In this document: positions 40,031 to 54,055 of the stretch, one piece after another | Layout of the letters: each line of letters starts with the position of its first letter | How positions within the stretch are numbered: position 1 is the stretch's first letter | NCBI GenBank assembly: GCA_013239625.1 | Contig: MU054400.1 | Location: 3,479,032-3,543,031 of the forward strand | Direction of reading: 5' to 3' | Length of the DNA: 64,000 nt | Source: Lama guanicoe | Lineage: Eukaryota | Made by a program: the position numbers and the translations under genes | The notes under the pieces: generated by a model | Told to the model about the DNA's origin: nothing | Database searches by the model: none | Seen by the model: only the letters and a program-made list of their open reading frames with translations

Positions 40031-41399
40031 AGCTGTTCACACTGGGACCTATGGCCTAAGAGAAGCTCCCAACTTGCAGGGAGCCTTCTGACAGGTTCAC
40101 CCAGGAACTAAGGAACTTTCAGCAAGAAGAGTAGATTTTGGAAAGTGAAACTGTGGAGATTTTTTTAACTCCAAAATATAGAATACAATCCAAATTAGAT
40201 AATTTCACATGTCTTGGACCTCTTTTCCTTCTGCTATTGAAGATAAAACCATTATTACATAGGAGTCTAGCTAGGCTATTCCAAAGAGAATAAATGCCTC
40301 AGTTCAAGTCAATTGGAAAGGCTTTATAAAAACTGCTTCTACAAAAGCTTAAATTACACCACTACATTTAAATGTTTTGCAACGTTGGCTGATTACTAGG
40401 GTAGCTCTATGCCTACACCCTTCATTTCGGTGTTCAGAGTGAGACTGCAGCAATTCAAGGCAGAGTTTTGAGGTCATTGACAATGAACCTATAACTTCAT
40501 TGCAGAAATTAACTCCAGCAAAGTGGAATGCGAAACAGAACAATCATATCACAACTCCACCTTAAGGATGAGAAATAAGGAGTGGATAAAGCACTGCTAA
40601 CTATCTCACAACAATTCTATAAGAAAATGCTTACAGATCTTCCAGGGTTTTGTTTGGCTTTGATTAACATTTGGCACACATTTTAAAATATGTACCATTT
40701 AAAGTGCCTTAAATAAACTACTACTTTTTTGGCCTACTGAACTCAAAACATTCCACAATACAATTGCAAAAATAACTTTCTGGTTTTCTCAGGGGAAAAA
40801 AAAGACAACTTATAAGAGGAATTCAGAGGGTAACAAAGAAAGATTTAAATAAAGATTCCAACATAGACATAAATGGTAAGTGAAAATGAGTGATCAAGAA
40901 GGCTGTTAAAGTCCTTCCTAACTACAAACTGTCCTGCATTATAAACGCTGCTACAATTTTGAACACCTGAAAGGAAAAACAACAACAACCACACAGAATT
41001 AATAGTACCAAATAAAATTTCCAGTAAGTCTTAAAATATATTCGGTCATCTGCTGTGCCAGACCTTCAGGCATTTGAGGAAGCTATCTTAAAATGAGAAA
41101 TAGGCTTTACGTTATTAACATTCACCTCGATGTGTAAAACTCCATTCTATAATGAGAAAATGCCCAGGAAAGGAAACCAACCGATTCAAAACTGCACCGG
41201 TACTAACGAGACTTAAAGGCACAGGAGGGAAGCAACTGGAGAGCCCAGCAACCCTTTGCGTTGGGTTGCAAGAGTCCCTGAATACTTGCAATAAGGAACC
41301 TACAACTCAAAGGCAGGCTGGAGGGAAACTCTGCACTGTCATCCAGGGCGATTTGATTCAGGTTCAAATCAAACCCACAAGGCGACAACTTGTAAACTG

Positions 41400-42550
41400 A
41401 GAACACACTTGACGCCAAGACACCCACTGACGGAAGCAAACCTAGCCATCGCCGACGTCACACCACATCCCACCTGGAAGGTCGGCGCACCTAGGGGGTG
41501 GGTGCTGCGGTGGGTGGGGAGGCGGGGCGCGCGCCGGGACCCGGCCCGCCGCTCCTCGGCTCTGCTCCGCGCTGCACAGCGGCGATCGGAGCTCGGGGAC
41601 CGAGAGAAAGGGAGGGCAGGACAGGGGGCCGCCTCTGCGAGGACACCGCACTGGGCACCCTCCGCGGGGACTGGTGCGGGGACGACTGAGTGTGGGGGCG
41701 GGGTGGGGCGTTTTCCAGAAACCGGCCAAAGCCCCCACCATCAGGGGTTTCCCTAAGACCTGGTCCACCCCCCGAAAGACACGGGTTACACAACCTGTCA
41801 GGTAAGGGGCAGAGGGGTCCAGGGCGCAGACCGTGGCGGGCCCGGGGTCACTCCTCCCGGGCTCCCCCCGCCCCCAGGACGCCGCAGCCGGGCAGACCGG
41901 AGGGGCGGAGGGGCGGAGGGGCGGCAGGCAAGCCGCCGCCGAGGGGCTGACGGCCGGGACGCGCGGACGGTGGCGGGGAGCTCACCGGCTCAGGATGGGG
42001 CGCTGGCAGGGACGGAGAGGAGCCGCAGCACCCGGCTCGGCGTCGGCAGCGCCCGCGGCTGCTCCCTGGGCGCACGGCGGATCCCTCGCCGCCCGCCGCC
42101 GGGTGTTTTCATACAAACCCCGGTGGCAGGCAAGGAGGAGGCGGCGGTGGCGGCGGCGGCGGAACCTGCCCGCATCCCGGGCAACGTCAGCGCGGCGCCC
42201 CGCCCACCGCACTCCTCGGCCAGCCGGCTCGCGCGCGCCGGGCGGGAGGGAGAATGTTTGGGGGCGGGAAGGCGCGGCCCCGAGTCTGGAGCGGGGGTTA
42301 AGCGCGACGCCCACCGTCTCCTGCAGCTGTCGCCCTACGGAACCAAATGGGTTTCCCGGCGGCTCCCCGCGTCCTGCATATCACCTTCCTGTACGCTCCC
42401 AATGAGAGCCCCCGCCTTTCCCAGGAACTAAGCCCGAGCCCACCTCCACACTCATAGGAAGCTTTCAACAGCACCGGACAAGCGGTTAACTCTCCGACCC
42501 ACGTGGTACCGGGGTGGCGTTGGACCCTGGGGACCGCGGTAAGGCTAAGC
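41400..42550. promoter_or_regulatory. AGTPBP1: CpG island and AGTPBP1 promoter
   Basis: Abrupt, very GC- and CpG-rich block in AT-rich surroundings, with multiple GGGCGG boxes, CRE-like ACGTCA at about 41455 and 42184, and CCAAT at 42399-42403. Confidence 0.92.
41986..42200 (-). other. AGTPBP1: Probable AGTPBP1 exon 1 (5' UTR); TSS approximate
   Basis: Good donor CCG|GTGAGC at 41986/41985 inside the CpG island, upstream of exon 2 on the same strand. The 5' end cannot be determined from sequence alone. Confidence 0.75.
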
Positions 42551-43241
42551 CCTTTCCTGACCTCAAGGAGAGCCCATAATAAGAAGGTGAAGACAGGCAG
42601 CTATCACAGCTGGGCTCCCGGAACACAACGAAATTCTACCTTGTGGCCATACCTCAATAAATTATATACCTAGTGCTGCAACGAACAAATAGCCTGATTT
42701 ATTTTCTGTTTTTTGTAACGTACGTACATATAGTCACGAAATGGTAATGCTAGATTGGCCACTGAAGGCAAAGACGGAGTATTTTATCTGAGCCAAAGTA
42801 ATGTGTTAGCGAGATTAAATACTGAACATGCCCTTCTGTTTTGACTGCATATAAACACACTATATTCTTAATAAATATTGACATTTACTTTTTTTCAAGA
42901 ACATGAATCATGTTTGCTGATGTTTATAGTAGCCGGTAAGGAATGTAAAGTTATTACAACCAGATAGAGAAATAAATTGAGAGCTGTGAGGTTTTTGTTT
43001 TGTTTTCGCATAATGTTTAAAAGAAATTAAGCGAGTGTGAGGGCCATTCAAAGGTTATCCAAGGTACAGCATACATGATTCCTGCAGTTTGCCCTTGGCA
43101 GGTGTTTTTATTGATAAACAGGAGACTGCCATTTTATAAATGCCATAGTTTCCCTGATTGTGAGCACCAAAAGGTAGGTTAGTGTTTTAAATCATTTTAA
43201 AACTACCACTCCAAACCACCCAGTATGAAAAGAATGATTCA

Positions 43242-43287
43242 NNNNNNNNNNNNNNNNNNNNNNNNNNNNNNNNNNNNNNNNNNNNNN
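43242..43287. other. Assembly gap (46 N)
   Basis: Run of N seen directly. Confidence 1.
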
Positions 43288-46200
43288 AACTACCACTCCA
43301 AACCACCCAGTATGAAAAGCATTATCTGAGAACACTTAATTATCTAAATATTTAACATTTTACAGAAATCGCTTATATGTAATATATATGAAACTTATTC
43401 AAAGAGCATCTTCCTAAATGAATTAACCTGCAATATAGAAAGGTATAGATATAAATGTGAATGTGTGTTTTTGTATAATTTGCATTCAACTTTAACAGAG
43501 CGTTGTTAGTGTGGTTTGATGGCCAGATCACAGATCCAGTAGGTTAACCCATACAATTAAATAAGAAGCAGAACCAATCCCTGTTGGTCCCTCAGCTTTC
43601 TCAGCACACTTTATTACGATATATAAAACTCAATGTAAATAATTGTGTGATGTAGATCAGAGTCTGACCATAAACTGATACTCATTTAACTGGGATTCTT
43701 CAAATCAGTCTAGCCTGTGCCTTGCAGGTGTTCAGTAAGTGTATGCTTATTTTAACTTTGGACTAGTTTGGAGAGAAAGGTGAGCATTGGAGCCCAACTA
43801 TCTCTTTCTCCTCTTTTGCTGATTTCCTCACCTCCATACCTTTAATAGAGAAACACAAAATGCAACAAACTTTATAATGAAACTGTAGGTTTAGAATAGT
43901 GATAGACCTCTCAAAAGTCTACAGCCATTTCCATCTGAAACCATAAATGTTAGATGCACAAGCTCAATTATGAAGTTTCTGAAACATACCCAGTCCTCTG
44001 GAGTTATAGCTTCTGTAGGATTGTTACAACTATTCAACATCATTCAACAATCATCAATTTATTGAGCACCTCTTATGTGCCAGACACAATCCTCCTGAAA
44101 TCTGAGGAGCTGAAAGAATGATAACACTCAACAAAATACCTAGCAGCTGTTATGTGCCGTATTAAAAGGTTGACCACAAAAAAACATGGAGCAGAAGTGC
44201 AGTAAGAACAACCTGAGCAGAACCTAAACCAACGGGACAAAGCTGAGAAATGGAAGGAAGCCACCCCATCATCTCACACAGTGGAGGGGTTCCGGGGGCA
44301 AAATCTTCTGCCGTGACCAATGATTTCCGAGTAGTCACATGGAAGGCTGTGAATGATATATGATCCAGGCTCAGAATAGCTGAGTTTAAAGATCCCTATC
44401 TGTAAAGCACTGCACTCTCTGTCTTGATCTGTGAAATGGAACATAAATATTCCTGCCAAACCTAAAATTTTAAAAATTGGCATACTCTTTGATCCACTTA
44501 TAGGAATTTATCCTAAGGAAACAACCAGGGAAGTGGCAGAGATTTCGCATAGGAATGTTTATCCCAGAGTGGTATTATAAACCATCTTAAGTGTTTAAGA
44601 GAGGGCATCTGGTTAAGCACATTATTGTACATCCATGTGATAGATCACTAGAAAGCCAATAGAGGAGCAGGAGTTTTGAACCTGGGGCCCAAAAGGTTTG
44701 AATCCACAAACAGCTGTGGATTTACCTTGAGGCTAATGAAGTGAGCAGTGGAGAGGGCTCTCTTGGCCCCACACTTATGCAGGCCCCTGGTGAGTGCTAA
44801 GTTACAGAGTTTTCTAGATGTGAAGCAGCAGCCAGGTTGCAATCAGGAAGCATTTCTACAAAGCATTTCTGATGAATTTCCTGAACGGGTCTCATTTTAA
44901 AAGGACCTGAATCTCCCAGTCTCCAGCAAGATATTGTGATTTCTGGAGCTAAAGAAATACTCACATTTATATATAATTTTGTGTTTTTCTTTTTCAAGGG
45001 GTCCCTGTAGTATGAGAAAGAGGAAATTTCCCATCAATTTCAGATCAGTTTCTCAGTCCTACAGTCTAGGCAAGGGTTTAGTTTTGTTTTGTTCTTAGTA
45101 ACCAAAATAAACTAATAAAATAAACTTTTTAACAGAAATCACAAACACTAGAAGTACTCTTTTTTTCTATTTAATAAAACGGTTCAACTTTCCAAAAGAC
45201 TACTTAATTAATAATTAACTTTTATAAGTATTGAATAATGAAAACATTAAAGAAATAGTTTTCATATCAACTCATCATTAATTAGATTGAAATTTAGAAA
45301 TGGAGAGTCAAAATTAAAATTCATTTTCTCATTTTTAAGGAATTCTTCAATCTCTAATGATTATTAAATGAGAAAAGTAAGTTGTTGAATTGTATGGATT
45401 GTATGATCCCATTTGTACTTTTAAAAAAGTCAGTACTATGGAAAGTGTTATGCATTTAGAGTTTCATAAACTGAGTTCTATAAGGGAAAATACCATTCTA
45501 CTTACTAGAATTACTTGGGGCCAGGTTGGGGTAGGCATTGTCACTTCGTATATTTTGCATTGTTTAAATGTTTTTAAAGTAAGCATGCAACCTACAAAAA
45601 ATAAAGTGGAAAAAAAAATAAAATAAAAGAGGGTCTCCAAAATTATTTAAACTTCAAATCCCACAAATCCTAGATCCTCCTCTATTCATTAACTGATAAA
45701 TTTTAATTGTGCATTTGCAGTACTGCTTCTTCTGAGGCTTAGGGAGTATAGCTTTCATGACATTCTTACAGAGGTCCTAATACAAAAGGATTAATTAAGA
45801 TCATGGTTTACGAGGAATACACTTAATCACATAAAACATATTCATGACGTATTGTTATATAAGTAAGCAGATTATGTGCAACATGTTACAATTTTTATAA
45901 AAACATGTCTTTATGTGTATAAAAACAAGACTGGAACATTAAAGTTTCAACAACAGTTATCACTTGATAGTGGGATTATAAGTCATTTAAAATTTATACT
46001 TTTTATTTCTGCAATAAAAATATATTTTAGCAAAAAGTTACGTATTAAAATTATCATGACTGACTTTGAAGGTTGTTGAGTAGATTAAAAGTCATACATA
46101 GTATATGTAAAAGCAGATTATAAATCATAAGTCACCTACAAAGATTAATTATGGATTTTTAGGCTTTAAAACAACAAAACACAAGCACCAATAGACTGCA

Positions 46201-46829
46201 TTAGCCTAAAACCAAAGGCAAGCGTTGGGAAGTCTCATTTATGCGTTAATCCCTTGTGTCACAATCAACCTCGTGGACAATATCTCTTAAGACAAGAGTT
46301 TATGTAAGTATGAAGGATTTTCTTAACTACAAAGAAAAATCATGCAGAATTATCTTAGATTTAAAACTAAGTACTAGATTTTTATGAATTCTTGAAGAAA
46401 CATTATTTCCTATTTTAGGGTATGTGAAATTTGGGGATAACGTCATACTCTTAGGGCTAGACTAGACTTTGATTCCTCTCATCACAATGAGACGGAAATT
46501 TCAGGACAATAATCAATCACATTAAGGAAAGGGTTTATTTATTCTCTATCTGTATCAGTCCCAGATTCAGGATCCAGAGCTCGGAGAGAACACAACAATG
46601 ACTCACTGGATGACAGAGAAGTCTCTGGGGTACTGTGCTGTCAGAACCTGCTGGAAAGCTGTACTTTAGAACTTCCGGAAATCCATCATCTAAGTGCTGG
46701 GGAAAGCTATTCATGGGAAGGTATCTCACCAGGGACACTCTACTATGAAACTGCCTTTTGGGGTGCCAGCTACTGGCCACTGGGTACCATGTGTTGGAGA
46801 AGCCACTCAAGGGGACTTAATATTGGTCT

Positions 46830-47596
46830 TTGCTGTTGCAGATTAGGCACTCAGAAGTAGTGTGAGCCAAAGATGCCTTTGGTAAGGGTAAGACCATGTT
46901 GCTGAGCCCATGCATAGGCTCCATCCCAGCTCTGTTCAGGGATCCACTGAGCAAACACTGAGTGATTATGGGAAGTGACTGACATCTCAGAGAACATCAT
47001 TTTGTCCACCTGATAATTAAGAACCTTCTCTGCAGTAGAGGCCCTTATGCGGGCTTTCATGTGAAGCATAAATATATTCACAGTTTGTGCCCATTCAGAG
47101 ATGTCCATCCACATAAACTCTCAAAACTTCCTTGTCACCAATCTCTTAATCCTATTTCTTCCAAGTCCCTAACCCACCAGCCCAGCAACTGGCAACTGCC
47201 CATGAAGCAATGTAGATTCATACTTCTGACCATCTCTCACGCTAGACATGGACAACCAAATCTATTTCTCAAAATTCTGCCCTGTGGAAGGATTTTCCTC
47301 TGCCATTGCCCTTCAGGGCCACCTCTGAGCGCGCTGTAATTCTGCAGCTGTCCACTTTTGGATGGCGTCAGCATATGGTACAGACCCATCTGTAAATCAA
47401 GCTTGATTTTGTTCTTCCTCAGACAACTGGTCATATATACAATGTCCAAAAAGTATCTAGGTATTATCTGTAATGCTTTCAGCCTTTCCTGTAGGTGGGA
47501 ATCTTCGATTTGCCAAAGAACTCAAGGATCCCATGCAACACAGGACAGCATGGAAGAAATGCTTCTTTCCTTTGGGAGTTCACTTTTCTTGATCCC
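46830..47596 (-). mobile_element. ERVL-type internal (pol/RNase H region) remnant
   Basis: Minus-strand ORF MWMDISEWAQTVNIFMLHMKA...LNYQVDKM...AQWIPEQS..GAYAWAQQHGL resembles ERVL pol. Confidence 0.75.
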
Positions 47597-48118
47597 TGTG
47601 GTAAGCAGAATAATGCCCCCCCCACCCCGCAAAGCTATCCATATCATAAGCCCCAGAATCTGTGAATGTATTAGCTTCTATGGCAAAGAGATTCTGAAGA
47701 TTTTGTTCAATCAAGGACCTCTAGATAGGAAGATTATTCTGGATTACCTGGATTATTCTGAATTATCTGGGCCAAATCTAATCACATGAGACCTTAAAAG
47801 CAGAGAGCCTTTCGTCAGAGGAAGGTGCGACTACAGAAGACAGATCAGAGAGATGTAACATTACTGGCTTTGAAGGTGAACAAAGGAGGCCATGCATGAG
47901 CCAAGAAATGTGGTGGCCTCCCGAAGCCAAAAAAGGCACGGAAAGGGAATCTCCCCAGAGCCTCCAGAAAGGAATACAGCCCTGCCGAAGTTTTAATTTT
48001 ATCCCAGTAAGGCCTGTGTGAGACTTCTGATCTGCAGAACTATGATACAATAAACACACATTATTCTAAGCCATTATGGTTGTGGTCATTTGTTACAGCA
48101 GCAATAGGAAACTACCAC
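47597..48118 (+). mobile_element. MaLR LTR (MLT1D-like)
   Basis: TGTGGTAAGCAGAATAATGCCCCC start, ccagagcctccagaaaggaatacagccctgcc, and end tttgttacagcagcaataggaaacta. Confidence 0.85.
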
Positions 48119-51100
48119 CACCCCTTCATTCATAAGGAATGAAAGCTACTGCATCTACTCTGATTTCCTAAACACGCATAACCTACTCAATTCTAAATGT
48201 AATTATGCTGGGATTTGTTTCTTTTGAACTTTCTAGGCAGAAAATGTGGATACTTTTTTACTTCTGAATTGGAGAAAATCTCATTACTATGCAACTGTCA
48301 TTTTACCAACCCCCATCCCTCACCCCCAAAGTCAGGATAATTCATTCACCAAGTGAAGTTACTCTCACAGGAACCTGCATACAGTAGGGGCTTAATTCAT
48401 GTTTGTTGATGATTATGACAATAGTAATGACCATAGATGAGAAGCTTTCTCTAGCCGTAAAAGAAAATCATGCATAAAAACAGAATAACAACAAAACACT
48501 TTAAAAAAAAATTTTAGTAGATTGAAAATGTTTGAACTCTACTTCTATTATAGAAACCAAAAAAATCTTTAAATTAGCTGTTAAACTTTACAAATATGCT
48601 TGTATATGCTCAGATTATCTCTGAAGAACAAAGGAGGAACTGAAAACAATGGTTGCCTCTGGGAAGAACTGGTATAAACTGTGGAAGAGAGACTTATGTT
48701 TATTGAAATCGATATTACACTTTTAGATTGTACTGTATGCATGTAGTAACAACTAGAATAACTGCTTGATTTTTTTTAATTTGAAGCTTTCACATTACCT
48801 TTTATTTAGAATTTTACATAGAGAAAAGGCCTTTCATGTAGAGATCAACCCGAACCCATGTATTACAGACGCAGAAACTGTGATGAGAACCAGTCAAATG
48901 GCATTTACATCGCGAAGTCCAAGTTTAAAAACTCCCCTTAAAAAAAGTCATATGTAGGTGGGTGAATACGTGTGTTTGTATAAACAGCTAAAATATACAC
49001 CAAAATAATAGCAATTGCCTTTGGGTGGCGGAAAAAGTGATTTTCGTTTTCTTCTTTTTGCTTTTCTAATTTTCTAAAAAAAAAAAAAAATTGAGGGACA
49101 TCAGGTCACTTTTGTATGTAGAAGAGGAGCCATTTTAAAAGACAAACGTTTCCCATGACTGGAGCTTAGCTCACCTGATGGACCCATTTTCCAGTTTCAC
49201 TGTAGCAAAGAGAAAGTTCCCCAGCTGCTTTGTGTAAAGGCTGTCAGAGCAGACAGCGTGCTGAGTGCCCTGATCAAAATCTCAGAAGGCAGTTAATGCC
49301 TCACCAATAAGTCTGATCTTCAACATGGTTAGTTAAGAAATTTGAATTTCCAGTCAGTGCATCCCAGCTTTATCAATTAATAGGAAACTCACTGAGGTTA
49401 ACTAAACTCACAAGTGGCCACATTATACCCAGAAAAAATAATTCGTTAACTTTACCAAGGGATGTACTTTTTGGGTAAACAAAGAGCTCTGGTCTCCTAT
49501 TTTCAAAGTTTTTCTTAGCGGTGGTGTGCTTTCTCCAAGCAACTGTTTTGTTTTGAGTTGTATGTGTGTGGACGACCAATACGTACAACAGAGAAAATGA
49601 AGCTGCCCTGGCTGACGGCAGATGATGAAACGGCTGCTCAGTCTCCTGTGATCCTTCTCCTTCCTTCCCTAGATGTTCCTTAGAATCTCCAGGACTTGCA
49701 GGAATACCATCTAACACCAATTCATCTACTGGTATCAAATAAATAAGCAGAAGGTTGCTTAGTGAGCGTAGAAGTGAAGCAAAGAGAATTGGAGGAATCC
49801 AGTCTCCATCCGTCCAGGTTCTGGGAAATGTCTGCTGAGCTTTTCCAGTTCCACACGACACATACCTCTTTGAGAGATGGGAATATACATTTTCCTGACA
49901 GATTGACTCTCTCTGCCTCCAGCGGTGCTAGACAGTGGTGGACTGGTAAACCAACTCTCCGAAAACAAAACCAACAAAAATCCCTGGTCTATAGCAACTG
50001 CCAATTTCTTTGATACAAACGCTCCCACTGTGGTTGTTTCCAAGCTACCATAATAATTTCCCTGAATATTTCAGTTCTATAGAAACTGTGCTGCCAATTC
50101 CAACAAACAACTGCTGTATGTGTGCTCCATGCAGAACACAACCCACAGTTTCTTCTCTATGTGTTCATGCATCTGGGTTATAATACAGTGTAGTGGGCTA
50201 GAGCTTTCTTTGGTGATGTTCCTGTCTTGATGACATATATATAGGTCAGCTTTATAAAATTTAGAGGTTTGCTGAAATCTCTAAACAATCACACATCTAC
50301 AAACCATCTCTGGATGGTTTCTGCAAAAGGTAAACCTATTTGTCACATGTTCATTCTTCCTGGCTTTATTCAGAGGGCAACCAAATTCTGAAAGTTTCAC
50401 TATTTATGGACAGCAGTGATTCTGACCAACTGTAGCCATCTCTTTGGCCTGGTGATGACTTCATACCTTACAGGCCTTTTCCTTCCTTATGAATCATGCT
50501 ACTGTTTATTCCTGGAAATGAGATGGACAGTTTTTAATAAATGCTGTGTTCATATTGGCCATAGAAGAATTGGACCTGAACAAATAATTCAGTTAGTTCC
50601 TCATACAACCATATGTTCTAGTTTCATACTGAGGACCGGCATGATCAGTTCTGCTTTCCATGATAAAGCAGCTCCTGGTTTAGTGTTTCACATAGTCATG
50701 CAAGATTATCATCTTGTGCAAATCACAAACACTATAAAATATTCCTCTTCACCTCCTAGGCAGTATCAGCTAGCAGTAGTGGCTGATGTGAAGTAAAGAA
50801 AACTTTAAATTACTGCCTACCCCAAAATATCTCCAACTGCAAGGTCATCAAATTCTGATGAAATTCACCTGAAGGTCTCAGCCTGGGAGTCATTCACCTG
50901 AGGAAAATTCGAATTCTCCAAAGGAACTTAGAGCTATGAAATATTCAACTTAATGAGGGAGATGCCTTAGCAGTTAAAAATGCAATTTTTAGATATTTAT
51001 TAATTCAATGGAAAGAAAATAGGCCACAACAGAGATTCTCATGAAGGAATGGGGAAGATGTTCAGAGCTTGGAAGAATGCCATGTGCTGCACTGAGGGAG

Positions 51101-53014
51101 AGCAGAGGTCAGTGAGTTTTAAATGTGAGTAGAAGCCCAGAGTAATGGGAGGTGAAGGACTGGTTGACTGTAATTCTGTGACTTTTTCTTCTCTTGCTGG
51201 CTTTGGTTCTAGCACACACATGATTCTGGGGAACAAAACGCAGCATTCCCTTTTCTAATTGAAGTACCTTCAGCTCCACTGGCATCGCAGCTGAAATTGA
51301 AAAGTGGATGAGAACACTATGAAGATGGGCCAGCCTGGTACAGAGCCCCGCCCTCCATGAATTAGCAGCAATCACGAGGATTAGTCAACAGAGTGTGCCT
51401 GGAAGGCCACCAGTGCGTAATGGGATCAGGTGTCACTAATGATTATAGGAAGGTGAAAGGAGACAGTAGCTACAGGAGGATTTGAGCTGAGGCAGGCAGC
51501 CTGAAGCAACTGGAAAGCCAAGTTATTATATGTGCAAAATCAATCCTTCCGGTCAGTCTTATGGGAGACTGCCTTATTGCCAAGAAGGGTTTAATTCAAT
51601 TAGCAAAGAGCTGTGGGAAAAAGACTTGTACAACCTTGAGCCTGGCTGGATATCTTTAGCTCTAAAGCCAAGTTATTTTGGGAGAATCATCATAAATCAC
51701 TTGCTTCAGCACCTAACCCATCCAGGATATGCTCCCTGAAACTCAAAGGAAGGCTCTGTCCCAGAGCCTGCGTTGCTGCATGTAACCTTCTGTGAACTTT
51801 ACCACTGCCCTCTACACCCAGCTTACCCTGGCTTCTCACTGCAAGCTCTCCTCTCCCTGAATTGGCTAAGAGCATTGCGAAAAGACCTTAAGTGTAGAAG
51901 AGGAGTCATCTTTAAATGGAGCTGGTAGGAGAAACTCCAATTCAGTGTGTGCTCTCGGGTAAGCCATGCCACCTCTCTGGGCCTCGATTTCCTATTTCCA
52001 GCCCTTCGGTTTTAGAAAAGAAAAAAACAAACAAACAAACAATCTCTTAAGTAGTATTTCCAAACAAGTGCCAAGTAACATAAATGTGACCAGAACAACT
52101 TACGGGCAAGCTGACAGTCATCTGGTTGCCCCAGTCTAGCCACACTAGGGTGCAGAAGTATTGGACCCCTCAGCCTTTCAGGCAGCTGGAGCCCCTGGTC
52201 TGCCATTTCCAGACGTAAACCTCCCAATCCATTTTTCTTGGTATGCACTATATATACCAATTTTGATAGAAAACACTAGAAAACATTAAGATCCCTTTAC
52301 ATTCTGTAAACATTCTCTCTAAGAGTAGCATTTGCATTTTCCAAAGGGAGAGGTTCCAAAACCCTCAGGAAATATGTGTAGGAGGCCATGAAATAGAACA
52401 GATGAGGGTTTTCTTTGGGGAGTCTCAGACAGGAAAGATGCTTCCAACAAAGATAGAGAATTTGCAGAAGTTGATCTTTAGGGACAGAATATTTTTGCAT
52501 TTGAATAATAAAAACAACAGTAAAAAGCCTCTCATACAGATCTGGTATAAGGTATATGCTCAATAAAAGATGAATGAATATACGACCTGTATTAAGAGGC
52601 CACAGGTTTATACCTGTAATCCTGTAGTTCCCTGGTAAGTCTCAAGCTTGCCATATATGAATATCTGTCACCTCCAATAGACTCTGAGGGCCCCCTGAGC
52701 AAGGACAATTTGTCTTACGGCACTTAACAAAGCGCTTTGGATATATGCTATATTTTCAAAGCAAACTGACTGACTTTAAAGATATCACTTCAAGTAGTTC
52801 CTGCTTTCAAAAACTCTGCAGTGCGTGGGGGGAACAAAGCTAATCAATTTTAATTATTATACACATTACATTAGCGAGATAAATTATGTTTATCAATAGG
52901 CAAATAATAGTTATTAATATAAAACTGTAGAAATAATTCAGTTTTACTTTCATTACATGCAGTTTCGTTTTTACTTCCTTTCATTTCTACTACCTTTTTT
53001 CCAGTCGAAACACA

Positions 53015-53720
53015 GCTATTCTGGGCCTGCTGGACCAGCCAAGGCCATTTTTTTTAAGCTTAGTTCCTTATTGCTGATAAACGATGAGCTACCGGATTCG
53101 TCAGAATTATACCACGGAGGCGGCAGCCGCTGTCAACAGCCCAGTCAACGTGCGTCTGCGAGCCTCCTACACCTCCCTCTCTATTTCCACCACAATGATG
53201 TGGCTCTGGAGTGCGTGGGCCGCTTTTTCCAGGAATTGGCCCTTGAGGCGCTAGGGCGCTGAGCATCTCCTGGAAACGCAAATCCAGCGCAGCGTTTGCT
53301 CCCTCTTCCAGGACGTGCAGAAGCCGCACCAAGATGAGTGGTGTAAAACCCAGAACGCTATGGAAGCCACCGTGCTCGTAGCAAAAACCTGATCCGGGCC
53401 CTTTTGGATCTGCAAGCCCTGGGTTCTGCCCGCGAGTTCCTGGAGAGCCACTTCCTAGATGAGGAGGTGAAACTCCTCAAGAAGACAGCCATCGCCCAGC
53501 TCACCTCCGCAGCCGGGCGGCCTCCAGGCTGGGCTGGGCAAGTATCTCTTCAAAAAGCTCACCCTCCAGCACTGCTCAGAGTCCCTGGAACCCAGGAGCC
53601 TTTGAGGAGCCCCTCTGGTGTCAGGACTGCTGCCTCTCTCTGCAGCCACTGGGAGCCCTTTCCCAAGCCCCAGACCAAAGGAAACAATAAACCTTTTTGC
53701 GGCAAATAATAATAACAACA
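53015..53720 (+). pseudogene. FTL: Processed pseudogene of ferritin light chain, 5'-truncated
   Basis: ATG at 53084 gives MSYRIRQNYTTE...YFHHNDVALECVGRFFQELA...LFQDVQKP.QDEW...[24 protein letters not shown]...[15 protein letters not shown]. Intronless, with several frameshifts and deletions, AATAAA at 53686-53691 and a decayed A-tail at 53704-53720. Confidence 0.95.
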
Positions 53721-53721
53721 A

Positions 53722-54055
53722 TGGCTAGGAGGCTCCAGCCGAGCCAATGGGAGCATCGCGTTCCCAATCAGCCAATGAGAAGCAATGAGATACACTTCAG
53801 GGCTCGCTCAGTTGGAGCGCATTTGCTGCACAGAGGCCAGAGCTAGTTTAAGGTCTGAGCCCACACACACAGAAGGTAGAACGAGGAGCACAAGAGATAC
53901 AGGGTTTGGCGACATTGCTGTGGTCCTAGATAAAATTTCATAGGAAGCAAGCACGATTTCTGGATTTTTTTTTTTAATGACCCAGTAGATTCCCTTTTTT
54001 TTGCAGGAGTCAGAATGGGTTCGGCTTTTGCATCATTTGCAACTCTAGGGATCCT
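53722..54055 (+). mobile_element. Probable ancient MaLR (MLT1J/K-like) LTR remnant
   Basis: 3' end pattern attcccttttt...gggtt...catttgcaact...gatcct. Confidence 0.45.

Noticed and set aside
41409..42431. Multiple long plus-strand and overlapping ORFs (up to 190 aa) in the CpG island
   Set aside because: Low-complexity Arg/Gly/Ala/Pro translations expected from stop-poor GC-rich DNA, with no recognisable homology.
49373..50013. 162-aa minus-strand ORF and overlapping ORFs
   Set aside because: No recognisable protein family or exon structure; compatible with chance.
52797..52835. gttcctgctttcaa...cagtgcgtggggggaac upstream of the FTL pseudogene superficially resembles a ferritin iron-responsive element
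   Set aside because: It needs an 8-nt insertion, the stem does not pair properly, and about 180 bp of unrelated AT-rich DNA separates it from the retrocopy. It fits an L2-like remnant equally well.
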